Positions 14,763 to 30,500 of a stretch of DNA of 64,000 bases are shown piece by piece; the stretch's first letter is position 1, and every line of letters starts with the position of its first letter. The notes below the pieces were generated by a model. The model was not told where the DNA came from and made no database searches. It was given only the letters and a program-made list of their open reading frames with translations. The stretch lies in assembly GCF_009914755.1 (NCBI RefSeq), contig NC_060928.1. The stretch is one strand, 5' to 3'. The position numbers were made by a program, and so were the translations under genes. Source of the DNA: the human T2T-CHM13v2.0 reference genome, Homo sapiens.

Positions 14763-16356
14763 AATTTATCTTTTATTCTTTATAATCCTGCAATATCTTT
14801 CGAAATCTCTAAAATAAGACTTTTATTTTTTTAAGTATTTTTCCTCCTGGTAATAAATATAAGAATCTTAATTGCTAAGTACAGCTTGAGGTTGAGTTTA
14901 TTTTGAGTGTATCTTAGAAATAAAAACAAGTAAATAATTTATGCTTTGAGATTAAAGAGCCACATTTATTTATTTATATTCAATAAATGTTTATATAGTG
15001 ACTGACGTTAGAAACTTCACAGGCACTAAAAGTAGTGCAAATAACAATGGTGCTGTATTCAGAGTCTAGGGTTTTAACTGCGACCCCACAAGGAATAAAT
15101 GATTCAGTTTGTGTGACAGTCACTTCACTTTTCTAGGTAGACTTCAACTTCATTTTTAAGACAAAGAAAAAATTAGAGTGATTATCGAGATCCTTTCCAG
15201 CTAGTTTTAATTTTCTATATTTAATTACTATGTTTTAATGAGCAAAGCTGTCAAACTTTGCAGTCACTAAGAATTTAAAATAAACCAAAGAACAGGGAAA
15301 TGAAAACTACACAACGACCAAGCTCAGTGACATTAGTGTTCTGTTTCTGAGTAAAGAATGAAACCCAAACATGAGTAGCTTATAAAACACGGCCAGGGTA
15401 GTGGCTGAATTACACTCACTGCAATTCCAGAATGCTTCGGCCAAAGGACTGTCATTTCCTCAGTCATAAAAGCTTTAGTACGAGAAATGATAGATTTTAT
15501 TGAGGAAAGTAAAAAGGAAGACATTTCATCACACTTAAAACGTTATAACTGTAACCTTAAAAATACAGTTTACAACCTCAAGTTAATGTATTCAGTCTAC
15601 ACATTATTTGATGTGTTTAAGGATTTTGTGCAAGAAAACAGAATCAGTATGAATAAATCTACTCTGCAGACAGCTTTTACACTCAATTTTGAAATAGGGG
15701 ACTGTGGAACTAGCAAATGCATAATATCATGTATTATTATAAACCTAAAACCCATTCATAATCAATATTTTTGCTGACATCTTTGAAATTTCAAACTTTC
15801 TAGGAGGTAAGTAAATGAAAAATATAAAACTTGAGCGAAGTCATAAAGCTTATATACACCCATTTCTGTTCTATACTAATGATGTTACCGCCACATGATC
15901 TATGGACGATGCTTAGGAACGCTACTTGGAGCTCTCGCCTCTTGAATTTCAACGCCATTAAGGAAGTCCTTGATGTCTACTGCTACCATTTAACACAGTA
16001 CCAAGTTTTAGTTTGGTATATCGCTTATGCTGGAATACAAAAACAGGAGTGAGACTTACTATACATATTTTTTTAAAAAATCAAAAAGTTTATGGAGCAG
16101 AAGAAATAAAAATTAAGTAGTTTTAGAAGTTCTCAGTTGCTTGCTATTGCAAGTCCCAGAATGGAGTGAATCATGGAAAACTGTTGACAACACTCACACC
16201 TTGTATATCAGAAGGCACAAAATGATTATCCTTTTGAGAGAAATTTAAAAATATATTTCAAGAGTACTAAATATTCAGATCAAATGTGTTGGAGCTATAA
16301 TTTGGGGCATCAACCATTGTAGGGAAAAATCAGATAAACAATCAAATAGGGTTATT

Positions 16357-16590
16357 GTGGCAGGTTGAATGGCTGAAGTGGTTTGAAAGGCATCTCCCGG
16401 AACCTGTGAATGTGAAACTGTGAATGTGACCTTGTTTAGAAAAAAAGTGTTTGTGGTTGTAATTAAGTTAAGGTTCTAGAGAGGAGAGCATCCTGAGTTA
16501 GGGTAGGCCCTAAATCCAATGCAAGTGTCCTTAAAAGGAAAGAAGAGAAGACAGAGTTCAAGGCTCTATGAAGATGAAGGCAGAGATGAG
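16357..16590 (+). mobile_element. MLT1 LTR 5' fragment
   Basis: tgtggcaggttgaat...gaacctgtgaatgtg...ggccctaaatccaatg. Confidence 0.7.
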
Positions 16591-16859
16591 CCTCAGAAAG
16601 AGACAGAAGTTTAAGAAAAGCAGATTTACAAGCCATAATAACTAAGGATTTCCCAGAACTAAGGAAAAGAGCAAATAGGAAATTTGAAAATGTAGCACAT
16701 TTAAAAATTTCTTTTTGATTGTTTTTAAATCCATAAGCAATGTTAAAAGATAAACAATAAATATTTATAATTCCTATTAAAGGCAAAGGACTAATTTTCT
16801 AAACATACAAAGAATTCTCTAAAAAAAAACTAAGAAACAAAAAACCTCCCCAATAGATG

Positions 16860-17945
<1,086 letters not shown>

Positions 17946-17959
17946 TTTTGCCAAACAAA

Positions 17960-18850
17960 GAAGAAAGAAAAATCGGCAAAAGGCTTGAACAGATAGTTCA
18001 GGAAAAATAAACACCAATGGATCACAATCAAATAAAGGGATGTACGACAACCTTAGTCATGAGGGAAATACAAATTAAAACGAGATGTCACAAATAACTT
18101 TTCACAGTGGGGGAAAAATGTGATCACACATTTTATATTCTGAGGGACACAGCCACTCAATATTTTGCTATAAATCAGTACAATCAGCTGGGCATGGTAG
18201 CTTAACTCCCGTAGTCCCAGCTACTCAGGAGGTGAAGGTGGGAGGATTGCTTGAGCCCAGAAGTTCAATATCAGCGTGGGTGATATACATAGCAAGACCC
18301 GGTCACTTAAAAACAAACAAAACAAAAAAAATCAAAACAAAACTATGGAGGGTAAAAGTATAAACATATATACACTATTTCATCCATTTATTCCTCTTCT
18401 AAAAATTTACCCTAAAGACATACTTGCACTTGTACAAAATATATTACATATTACATCTTATATAATTATATACTTATACAACAAAATTATTCATTGCACT
18501 ACTGTCTGTAAAAGCTAATTGCTGTATACTTACGTTGGTTCCAATAATAGGGGACTTTATGGAATTCTTTTGTCTATCTACAAAATGAAATACCAGAAAG
18601 ATGCAGTGTTGTAGGACTCAGGGAGAGGAAGCACTTTAGGTATTCACACAGAAAGATCAAGGCATATATTTACATATTTAAAATTTCCACTCTTTGAGGC
18701 CCTAGTATGCCTGTAATCCCAGTGCTTTGGAAGGCCAAGGAGGAGGATCGCTTGAGCCCAGGAGTTTGAGTTTATAGTGAGCTATGATCTGGCTACTGCA
18801 CTCCAGCCTGGGTGACAGAGCAAGACCCAGTCTCAAAACAATAAAAATTT
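17960..18850 (+). mobile_element. Old L1M fragments with Alu monomers (FLAM ~18186-18330; FRAM/FAM ~18700-18847)
   Basis: Diverged L1 ORF2/3' sequence and two single Alu arms. Confidence 0.6.
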
Positions 18851-19239
18851 CCACACCTTGACATTTCTGATTTGCCATTTTACAAATTGTACTAATGTAA
18901 ATTGACACTGTGTTAGATTTGGCCTGTATAATAATATGTGTTATTGCTACAACATTGTTTATCAAGTACAAGAAAAAGAGATAAGAAAGGAAGGTTGGCT
19001 AGATTTTGGGCCAGGTGAGTCACTAACTTCAATTGGTACACATCCTAAAGTTTTAGAGCCACCTGTGATAAGCAAAAATCAGGAATGTTAACTCCTCAAA
19101 AATAAATTTTCAGTGCTTTCCTTCATTTACCCCAGTCATGAAAACTGGTGACTCCCAACATTCTTCAAAGTTCTAGTTCAAAAGCAAAAAAACCCAGCCA
19201 GCCACTGGTTTTCTTTAAAGCCTACGACCTCTAAGAACA

Positions 19240-19618
19240 GTGTTTAAATTTTTAAATGCATGAAAAACAATCAGAACAATACCTCATGACACATGAAACT
19301 TGTATGAAATTCAAATTTCAATGCCCTTAAAGGTTTGTTGAAAACAACCATGCCCATTTGTTTACATATTGTTGATGGCTGCTTTTTATTTTTATTTGTA
19401 TGTTTTTGTGAAAGTTTTACAGAGTAAAACAGACGTGTACAAAGGATTTCCTCTTTCAGAAGATACCTCCTACAATAATTTTAATAGGACCAAGAGTTAC
19501 CAAATATTGAGGATGTGCTAGGACAGCAGAGTTGAGTAGTGGCAACAGACATTCTGGTCTGTAAAACCTAAAATATTTACTAATTGATCTTTTACAGAAA
19601 AAGTTTGCCAACTTCTGT
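19240..19618. mobile_element. MER58B-like hAT element
   Basis: tatgaaattcaaatttcaatg...cttttacagaaaaagtttgccaac. Confidence 0.65.
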
Positions 19619-20144
19619 TTTACTCTGTCTCAGCTTATTCTGTTTTCAGATAAATGCAAATCAAACGCCATTTTCTAAAATAATTCTTCCTAGCAAAAAT
19701 GAGAGTATCTACTGAATCTCAAAATTCTCCATCCATTTGATAATTCTTCATATTAAAATTACATTTAATCCCACATGGCATCAGCAATTAAATCAATTTT
19801 GTCATAAGCATGGTTAGTTACTTGGTTCATCAATGTCTCTTCCTTTGATTGGATGCATTGACTCATTCATTCATTTTTGCAGAAAATAATTCTGGGTGGT
19901 ATGCTTTAGCTCTTGTGTGTCAAGAAATGTTTTGCCTTCACTCTATTCACCTTGTTGTAACACTTCTCATTATTTGAAATCACTCTGTTCAGGCATTTGT
20001 GTATCTACCATTTCTCTCACAACAAAGTAAAATACATAAAGTATAAAAATCTTTTCCAATTTGACCATAATTGCATCCTCACAAAAAAAGAACATAATGG
20101 TGAATATCTGAGTGATCATATTGTGCAGTGAATATACTCAATCA

Positions 20145-20492
<348 letters not shown>

Positions 20493-20649
20493 TTATTATT
20501 TTCTTCAAAACAATTACCAAAAATTTGCAAGGCAAAAGAAATTAGCTAACTTGCTGAGGTTCACACACAGACTAAATGGCAGAGTTAACATTCCAGCAAT
20601 GTCAAGTATGAGTGACTGTTGCAGCCACATGCTCCTACTCAGCTGTCTT

Positions 20650-21085
20650 TCTAAAAGAGGGCCTTGGGGCAGGAGAGCAGTTAGCTGAGGGCCCCCAGCC
20701 ACAGACGTCTAGAGGATCTGCCTCCGTCAATTTTCAAGCAGAGTCATGCACTTTGCAGGCAGTCCCCAGCCAATGACTGAGCACAGCAGTGGTAGCGGGG
20801 CTCTGCATTTCTACCCAGCAGACTTCTGGTGGGCAATCTCTACCAGAGCTTTGCAAAGGGCTGGCCAAGCCTTCCTCATAGCTGTGACACAGTCTCAGAC
20901 CTTTCCTTCCCCTCTCCTTTCACAGGTGCTAGACCTGCAATTCCCATCTGAAGACTTCTTATGCCTGCTTCTGTTTTCTCTCTTTATTTTTCATAGTAAT
21001 TCCCCCTAGTAAACATCTTTAACTCCTAGCTCCACTCTGGCATGTGCTTCCCTCTGGCATGTGCTTCCCAGGAGACCCAACAGAA
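20650..21085 (+). mobile_element. LTR16-like ERVL LTR
   Basis: ggcagtccccagccaatgactgagcacagcag... resembles recalled LTR16. Contains a tandem ctctggcatgtgcttcc duplication near its end. Confidence 0.6.
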
Positions 21086-22118
21086 AAGGTCCCACAACAT
21101 CTGTACAATGAATTAATGAAGTAAAAAATAAAACTGGGTTTAAGTTTCTATGTTCAAAGATCTTCCCTGAGGACATAATGACATAGCACCTATAATTAAT
21201 GGCATGCAGTGGTACAGATCAGAAATATAAATCTCAGTCCCAGCCTTATTCCTTCTTAAGTCTTATGGGATTCTTTCTGGAAATCAAAAATTCTACCAGA
21301 GTATGTCTAGTACTCTTCCTTCTCTTCATACTGCAATAAAAGTGTCCTAAGATACTTTTTCTACATGTTAGACCTTCTAAACTTAAAACCATCTTAAAAC
21401 TGATAGCAAAAGAATCTTCCAGCTGTTAGAAAAAGGAGGAAGTTAAGCATTTATCAGTGGTTGTCATTGTTGGCACACACACAAACTGTGGTTGAATTTT
21501 AAGTCTGGATCCTTAATTATGGCTTAATGTTTATACATTAAGGTTTCACTATGATGCAGCACTGAAATAAACAGTTGTGTAATAGAAGATTGCATATGCT
21601 ACGACAGTCAGCATAATTAAAGGCAGAGAAATATCAAATCTCTCAGAATTTGAAGTTGAGGAGAGGCTGGAGGGATTCATTCATGTGTCATAGAGAACTA
21701 TCATTCAAGCAGGTCACAACTGGTAAGCTGCCAGCTAACTTATAAGAAAAACAGTTAAACTTCCAATGACGCATGATTACATTTTTTTTTAAAGCTGTTA
21801 AATGAACCCCAAGTAAAAAAATGCAAAACCTAACACAGGCATCCAAATTATATTATCACAACCTAAAGATGCTAAAGAAAAAGTCAAGATTACTTTTATG
21901 AAAAACTGTGCAATTACAATGCACGCAATATACCCTAAAATGATTTTAAATATATTTTCCATGCATATATAAAAAGAAAAAATAAAGGGGTAAAATGCTA
22001 GTAATATGGGAAAATCAGGTAAATCTGGGTAAAAAATATACAGAGGTTCTACCCATTATTCTTATTCTTTTAATAGTCATGTAAGTTTGAAATTATTTTC
22101 AAATAAAAAGTGTAAGCA

Positions 22119-22417
<299 letters not shown>

Positions 22418-22885
22418 GCGTAAGCAGCTTTGTACTAAAATGATACCATGCAGAATACAAATGGTTAAGTGATTCAGCATGAGAAGGCTGGGGGTGACAG
22501 AGGTGCTAAGGAAGTGGCATTTCACTGGGTGGGAAAAAAATATGTACACGTTTAGAGAAACCAGCTCTTAAGAATAATTAGATCTCTGGCTCCCTCGCTG
22601 AAAAGTTGTTTGGAAATAAGCATCTGACTGTTGATGGCATCCTTGAATCAAAGAATTGTTTAGGCTGCCTTTTTTTTTTCTCCATCTGCTCCTTAGCCAG
22701 ATATTCCATCTCTTAGTTCCAACCTTCACATTTCTTAATTCTGCTTCAAAATTCTCATCTTAATAACGTTCTGCTTTGAATTGTGGAATAAATCCTCTGC
22801 TTAATTTTCCAGAAGACTAATTTTCTTAAGTCCTTGGTTGTTTCCATTTCTCCCTTCAGCCCACCTACTGACCCCACACCAGCAC

Positions 22886-23147
22886 TTTTTTTTTTGAGAC
22901 AGGGTCTCGCTCTGTCACCCACGCCGGCGTGAAGTGGTGCCATCTCGGCTCACTGAAACCTCCACCTCCTGGGTTCAAGCAATTCTCCTGCTTCAGCCTC
23001 CTGAATAGCTAGGATCATAGACATGGGCCACCATACTTGACAGTTTTGTTATGTTGGCCAGGCTGGTCTCGAACTGGCCTCAAGTGATCCACCCGCCTTG
23101 GCCTCCCAAAGTGCTAGGATTACAGGTGTGAGCCACCATACCCGGCC
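22886..23147 (-). mobile_element. Alu with internal deletion
   Basis: Reverse Alu consensus. Confidence 0.9.
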
Positions 23148-25049
23148 CACACCAGAGCTTTTTAACATTATAATCCCACACTTAACTTGTAAGAACTCCT
23201 CCTTTGCTCAACCTTTCCCATTAGATGCTTTTTTTTTTCTTTAATCAGTTGCTCTGCTCTTGGATCTGAGACTATGAATTAGAATTTTCCTGTGTTAACT
23301 TTTCCCCAGTGGTTCCATGGGACTGGTTTGGTGGCCTCTCATTCTGTTGATTTCTTCTCAAATGTCTGATGATCCTTCTTGGTTGCTGGCTCATATTTAC
23401 AAATGTGGGGCTAGAACGCTCACTATTAGTTGCTGCAGAGGATTTCTTTAGCACACATGAAAATAATGGGTAATGAACTGCCTTTACTTTTAGGTTCAGA
23501 AACCTCATATCCGTGGAGATGGAGACACAAAAGATACCTGGCACCTGCTACAACTTCTCCCTCCTGCTATACAGTCGCCCACTATATTCTGCCTTGGCAA
23601 ATCTCCCAGATTATTTAAAACTAAGCTAAATGGCCTTGTTGCAGAAGCAAACTGGACCACTATCCCCTCAGAGCCAGACTGAGAGCAGAACTGGAGCAGC
23701 TGTTTCAGGTTATTAATTCCTGGCCAGGCGCTCTCATTAGTCACTTTTGTTGCCACCCCCTATGGTTTCAGTTCTTGGGAATCATCCAGGATGCTGTTAA
23801 GAAAATCCATTTTTCTAGTTATTCCCACTTCTGTCTCTATTGGGTTGTAAGTTCCTACTTCCTTTGCTGTGGAGTTTCGCCATCAATCTGATCCCATCTG
23901 CTTTATTTATTCCACAACGTCCTCAATGCTTCCGGGGTCTCTGGAGCAACTTTCTCATTTTGCAGCCCTGTTATGGATCTTTTCATATTTTTATGCTTCT
24001 TCTATTGTTTTCAACAGAATTTTGAAAGGAAAGGAGAAAAAGTAAACAGACGCAGCTCACTGTATATCTACTTAAGGGGCCATAAAGGGGTCATTTCCTA
24101 AAAGTAGAGCCTCCAACCTCTTTTATATGTCCTCTCTGGATGCTAAGTGATTCATGGACGGCTTGGTTTCTAGCCCATCTTTTCCCCGTCGTCCAGGGAA
24201 AGCTACAACTCATAGAAAAAGCTTGACCATTATTACTTTTAATCACAAGGGTATCTGCGTAAAACAAGAAAACCTCATACATCAACCAAAATCTAAAGTC
24301 CCAGGTCCTCTGTAAAACAGTCAGATGTCCCTGACCACAACCCTTCTTAAAGTGCCATACTCATCCTGCTCCAACAACTCAAAGAAAGGGAGGCAGATGC
24401 AGGGGAACCTCCAAGGGGTGAGGATGTGGTTCAGTGCCCTGGCTGGCAACTCTAACCTATTTTGTATTTAGGGTCATTTTTCCAGTCTCTGCCCTCCCTC
24501 AATAATTACCGAGCATTTAATAGTAATCACAGAAGGCAAACTCCGGAATACAAAATACTAGAATTTGAATCTTAACACCAGGATTTGGCTTCATGACTTT
24601 GGACAAGTTCTTAACCTCTTAGTTACTTAATGCCTCATCTGTATATCATCCCAGGCCTTTCTAAGAGACAATACAAGGCTTGTGTAAATATATATGAGAA
24701 TGTGTGGTGAAGCACTTAAAGCAGGCCCTATGACTGCTTTCTAAGATCCATGCAATTGGACATCACAGCTAGAGAATGATAAAGCTGATAGTGGACGTTT
24801 TCATTATCAGCATCTTCTGGTTGAATACCAACCAGGCTGGGCTATTGTGCTCTCTCCTGAAAAGGTCAACAGCATCTGCTCCACCACACCAGTCTCCCCC
24901 AACTGTTAACGCCTCTGGGGTTCATAAACATGCCTCTAACATGTTTTCACTAACATGGTAAAATAACTCAAACCTACAACTTCACAGATATTGTTTAGAT
25001 AAGTATTTTTAAATGAGCAAAATTTAAATTGAGACAATATATTCTAAAT

Positions 25050-25362
25050 CAGAGGTCCTCAACCTTTTTAGCTCCAGGAATTGGTTTCACAGAAGACAAT
25101 TTTTCCATGGATGGGGGAAACAGGGATGATTTCAAAGGCATTAGATTCTCATAAAGAGCATGCAACCTAGCTCCTTCGCATGTGCAATTCACAATAGGGT
25201 TCATACTCCTGTGAGAATTCTTAACGCTCAGCTGATCTGACAGGTGGTGGAGCTCAGGCAGTAATGCTTGCTCACCCGCCACTCAACTCCTGCCGTACAG
25301 CCCCCATTCCTAACAGGCCATGGACTAGTACCGGTCCAAGGTCTGGGGGTTGGTGACCCTTG
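25050..25362. mobile_element. MER1B (hAT-Charlie MITE)
   Basis: TIR-like ends cagaggtcctcaac / gttggtgacccttg; 8-bp TSD ttctaaat / gtctaaat. Confidence 0.85.
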
Positions 25363-25901
25363 GTCTAAATAACAGTATAAGTGGTATCTAATGACAAAGC
25401 AGGATGACGGCACACTGCACTCATCTAAAGTTGGAAACACTACACCATTGTCACCAACAAGAGAGCCACAGAGCAGGACAAGAGTTTGAATACATAGCCT
25501 CTCCAAAAAGCTCTTTGGCCAAATGCATTCAGCAAGCACTACCTGCCAAATAAAACCATTCTAAATTGAAGATGCTTACTCAAATTTGTGTTGTTAAATA
25601 TTTCTCCAATTTATCTAACCAAGAAACTCTCTGAAGTGATAACACTACAATGGCCCGCCAAACCCACTTTACAGAATGTTGAATTACAGCTGCCAGGCGC
25701 CTGGGAAACAAAAGGCAAAAGTGTGGCGGGTGAAGCCAGAGCTTGGGGTGCCGGATGTTGGGGTGCCGGATGTCAGGGTACCCAGATCTGAATCCATGCT
25801 GCTACCTGACACTAGTATAAACGTAAGTGACAAGTGATCCCTGCTCTGACCTTCAGTGCCGGAATCCATAGACAGGGATAATGGTGCTGATCTGTTTAGA
25901 G

Positions 25902-26290
25902 CAGGGGTCAGCAAACTGTAGCCTGTAAACTGCTTTTATAAACAAGGTTTTATTGGAACCCAGCCACATTCACTCATCTGTGAATTGTTTCATGGCTGCT
26001 TTCACATGTATAGGGTTGTGTAGTTGCAACGGAAACTGTACACCTAAAATACTTACTAGCCAGGCCTAGACAGCAGGAGTTTGCCTACCCTTGGTGCAGA
26101 ACATTGGTTCTCAACTCTGACTGCACATCAAAATAATTTATGAAGCTTTAAAAAAAAAAAAAGTCAAAGCCTTGGCACCCCCTGAATCAACAGACAAAAT
26201 CTTAGGCTGTGGAGATCTGACATCATTTAACTCCCCAGATGAGCTCAGTTGGTGCCTACAGCACCAGGCTTCAGGGGGCTGGGACCACCC
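25902..26290. mobile_element. MER58A (~25902-26093) followed by a MER5A-like element (~26100-26290)
   Basis: caggggtcagcaaact...gtttgcctacccttg, then tggttctcaac...gggaccacc. Confidence 0.65.
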
Positions 26291-26704
26291 CTGAGCCTCG
26301 TACAATTCACAGGCTAACAAGAGCTGTAAGGGGTTAACCCAACGCAAGCGTGAAGAGGGCCATGGGAGGCAGAGAAAAGCATGGCTACTTCGGGGATCTA
26401 GAGGCCAAAGAAAACGTGGGAACAATCCAGAAGTCTGCTTTTAAGGACATGGGGCTATCAGAGGGGACAGAAAGTAACAGTACAGAAATACAAAAGCAGA
26501 CAGACCTGAGTCAACCTAAGAAGATTCAATAACAGCACAGAAAATTTAAAATTTGGGGAAAACATAATTTTACTTTAATTCAGTAAACAAAAGCCACTAC
26601 TGGGAAGCAAATCATGAAGACTCCTACAGTATATGCAAGTAATACAAGTCCCCTGGGAGAAAAAAAGGAGAAGAGTGGCAATAATTAAAGAAATAAAAGG
26701 AAAT

Positions 26705-27290
26705 GCCTCCATAGAAAGTAGAATAGAGGTTATAGGGACTGAGGGAGGGAGAAATTGGGGAGATATTATTTAACAGGCACAGAGTTTATGTTGGGAATTG
26801 TGTTAGTCCATTTTCATGCTGCTGATAAAGACATATTTGAGACTGGGTAATTTATAAAGGAAAACAGATTTAATGGACTCACAGTTCCACATGGCTGGGG
26901 AGGCCTCATAATCATGGTGGAAGGTGAAAGGCACATTCTACATGGCAGCAGGCAAGAGAGAATGAGAGCCAAGCAACACGGGAAGCCCCTCATAAAACCG
27001 TCAGATCTCATGAGACTTATTCACTACCATGAGAACAGTTATGGAGGAAACAGCTGATGATTTAATTATCTCCCACCAGGTCCCTCCCATAACACGTGAA
27101 AATTATGGGAGCTATACTTAAAGATGAGATTTCGGTGGGAATATAGCCAAACCATATCAGGAATGATGAAAATATTTTGGGTATAGATCATGATGGTTAC
27201 ACCACAGGCAACTGTCTTTAATGGCACTAAATTGTACACTAATAGTTAAAATGATAAACATGTATGTTTCCCCACAACAAAAACATAATG
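26705..27290 (+). mobile_element. L1M 3' end split by a THE1 LTR
   Basis: agtagaatagaggtta...cagagttt...gatgaaaata...ctaaattgtacact. Confidence 0.65.
26799..27159 (-). mobile_element. THE1 solo LTR, complete, sense to ADGRA3
   Basis: TG...CA termini; perfect 5-bp TSD GGAAT at 26794-26798 and 27160-27164; THE1 consensus similarity. Confidence 0.93.
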
Positions 27291-28592
27291 TATAAATATA
27301 AATACGTACATGAGCAAAAAAAATAACGAAAAGGAAATATCTTTCATTTGAAGAGAGACTTGTAAGACTAACTACAAGCCAGGGAAACTGATGAAAAAGA
27401 TGCATAGCTGGACACATTCTACTAAAATTTCCAAATTCCATAATAGAGAAATGATCCTTAAAGTTTCCAAACAGACATGAAAACTTGTGGGTATTTCCAT
27501 CACTCGGTTTCAATATCTTTCCTACAGATTTGGTGAATGGGGGAGAGTTCAGTATATTCTGCCTTCCCAAACCATCTACAATAGTACTTCTAACTTCAAT
27601 CTCTGCAAGGTTAACAATTATTCAAAATGAGACAGCAAGTCAAACATATCAACAGGTAGCATATACTATAAGGTCACAATACAATTTATCATCAAACACA
27701 CTGGAGGATAAAAAGAGTTGCCATTAATAATTACACTGAGACAACAGATTCCAACCTGGGCTCGTGGTTACCCTTAACTCCTGAAACGGTTCAATAAATA
27801 AGATTCAAGTTTCCAGGCATTCTTATCAAAGATCTGACATTTTAAAAAATAAAGGAGGCCTGATTTTTTTTCTGTTTTCAATTCTTTATTTAGCAGTGTC
27901 ATAAATAAAAAGGAAATAACCTATTTTTCTGCCTTAGCATTAAACTGTAAGTTTACATGAAATTAAATAGCATTTCGTTAAGAAAAATTGAAGCGTTTTT
28001 AATGCCATAGTAGATATCTTTCAAAAATGCCTAAAAATGAAAAACTTTATTAAATAACACTTCACCTTATCTTATGAACACATTAGCTGCAAGAGAAAAG
28101 ACAACCCATTTTTTAAGGTGTCTGTATATCAATAAAGAACACTGGACACTTAATATTTATGAATATAATAAAAGCCATTTTATTTGGCATTTTAATCTAA
28201 TTGAAAGCTTTCTACTGGGACCATCCTGAGGTTCTTATAGGAGTCTGAGTCTCTGATTTTTTTTCAGCCAAAATTCTTGATGTCGGACCTATTACTCATT
28301 ATTTCAGAATATATTTGAGCAACTATTGTGTCCTGGGAGTGAGAGCAGAAATACAAAAACAGACCTCAAAGACTAATATTACACAAGTGTACACTAAGTG
28401 TTAAGTGCTACAAGAGGGATATGTAACTGAATCCTAGGGAATACAGAATTTCAATGTTGCTGAAAAGTAAGATGATTGGGGAAACATTTCTGAACTTTGC
28501 TGTAAAAAGAAAAACAAACAATACTAGTGGAAATTTAAAGGGCAGACAAAGAAGGGGAAAATCATTTAAAGTGAGATAACCTTGCAAAGATC

Positions 28593-28730
28593 TGTATTTG
28601 TTTTCTATTGCTGTGTAACAAGTTACCACTAACTGAGCTGCATAAATCCACACCTGTTTATTAGCTCACAGCTCTGTAGGTCGGAAGTCCAGGCACAGGA
28701 AGTGAGCAGATCCTCTAGTCAGGTGTAAAT
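28593..28730 (-). mobile_element. MLT1 LTR fragment
   Basis: tgtatttgttttctattgctgtgtaacaagttaccac...ctcacagctctgtagg. Confidence 0.6.
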
Positions 28731-29206
28731 GGCCCCAGAGAACCGAGATACCAATAGTGAGGGTGTTCCTGAGTTCATGAATGGATCAAGGGAGGGAGGG
28801 AGAAGGCAAACAAGTGGTCAGAAAAAGACAGGCAGGCAGACGTTCTGGGTGTCCAGCTGAAAACATCCAGGAAAAAAACTGGAAAACAATGTGTGCCACA
28901 TTAAATAAGCTCTTTCTGCCTGCAGCCAGCCCTCTGAGAGCAATGAGCACAAGGTCCTCCTATCAATGGTAAACTTTGTTTAAATGTAAGGCTGTTAAAA
29001 TTCACGAGAAGAGTAATAAAACTCCAGGGCAGAAGTCAAGAAACTTGCCAGGTGCCAGACGGCAAATACTTTGGGCTTTGCAGGCCAAGACGCAAGATCC
29101 ATAATATGATGTAGGTACTTATATAATGAGAGGATACAAATAATCACACAAGTTTTTATTGACAAAAATCAAAATATAACAATTGGGTATAATTTTTTCT
29201 AATACT

Positions 29207-29664
29207 TGGCAAAGATACTCTCGACCAAACCTTTAGTCAGGTTCCCTTGAGCCCTCTTCTCAAGGGGGCCTCTACTTTAGCCTTCAGTGTCTGTCCCTTC
29301 AGAGTTGTAGCAAGAATCCTCCGAAGTCAGTTTAGAGAGAATGCTCCCACCCACGATATCTGGTCAAACCCCTCTCTTCCAACATCCACCAAGTGATATC
29401 TGATCATCCCGTACTGCCTTCAACAAGAATCCTCAGGGTACTTTAAGCGAGAATCTCGCTACCCTTGATGTCTTCCTCTTAGTAATTTCCCATCCACTGA
29501 CTCTCCAACCTCTTCAGCTATAAACCTCCACTTGTTCTTGTTGTATCTGGAGTTGAGCCCAATCTTTGTCCCATACTGTGACGGTCTTGAAACCCATCAC
29601 AACAGTCTTAAACAAAGTCTTCCTTACCATTTTAACAAGTATGAGAATAATTTTTTCTTTAACA
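29207..29664 (+). mobile_element. MER31-like ERV1 solo LTR
   Basis: tggcaaaga...gaccaaacctttagtcagg...ttttttctttaaca; 4-bp TSD tact/cact. Confidence 0.75.
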
Positions 29665-30209
29665 CACTGGTCAACTATGAGAAGAACGGATTTCTTTCTG
29701 TTGGGGGAATAACATTTGACTTAATCAGAGTTCCCAATCGTCAGATCAATTGCAAATGTATAAAGCTACTCTTAGCTACATAAAAGCAGGCACGGTTGGG
29801 ATTTTTGGTCCTTGCTCTTTAGAATGCACAAGGGAGAGAAAATAATATTGCTAAGAAATCCTAATACACGTATTCCTTCCAATACACTGCCCATGTTACA
29901 GCACCACAGTAGCACTGGAAAAACTGCATTTGGTGTCTCAGGAGGGAATGCAGGAATGCGGAGGCGAAAAAGCACATCAAGGGAGAAAGTCCATCCCAAC
30001 CAGCGCTTCGTCTCCTCCTATTTCCTTAGGACTAGTTCCATTAAAAAAAGAGAATACTGGAAATAGACAGATCTTAAACAACAGAAACCTACTGCCTAGA
30101 TAAATCCAGGCCTGGTTGGAACTTTTAATAGTTTGCACAATGGTTTTTAAACTTGACTGCAACTCACCGTTTTCCTTCAATAACCCAATATACATAGATA
30201 TTGGATATT

Positions 30210-30500
30210 TTTCATTCATGTATTTAATTACAAAGATTTACTGAGTGCCTACTTGAATGCTTGATAGCATTCAGGGTGATGGGGAAAACAGAACAAAATA
30301 AAGAGTCCTGCCCTTATAGAGTTTATGTACTAGTGGGTGGAAGAAAAAATAAATAAGCAAAACACAGAATATGTTAGCTGTTGAAAATTTCTATGGAGAA
30401 AAATAACATAAGAAACAGAGACATAACATAAGAAACAGTGGAGGTGTAGCTGGGTGGATTTCTCTTTTAAAGAGTGTGGTAAATGACATTCTCACTGAAA
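30210..30500 (-). mobile_element. L2 fragment
   Basis: atttactgagtgcctac...gtcctgcccttatagagttta. Confidence 0.65.

Noticed and set aside
25742-25773. 15-bp duplication TTGGGGTGCCGGATG x2, and similar ones at ~21035, ~30402 and ~63784
   Set aside because: Two-copy local duplications in repeat or neutral DNA, with no spacer structure or functional context; not CRISPR-like.
26814-27011. THE1-internal ORF with a hydrophobic, signal-peptide-like start (MRSDGFMRGFPCCLALILSCLLP) as a possible alternative ADGRA3 N-terminus
   Set aside because: It reaches the LTR donor in phase 0, while exon 2 needs phase 2, so it would be out of frame.
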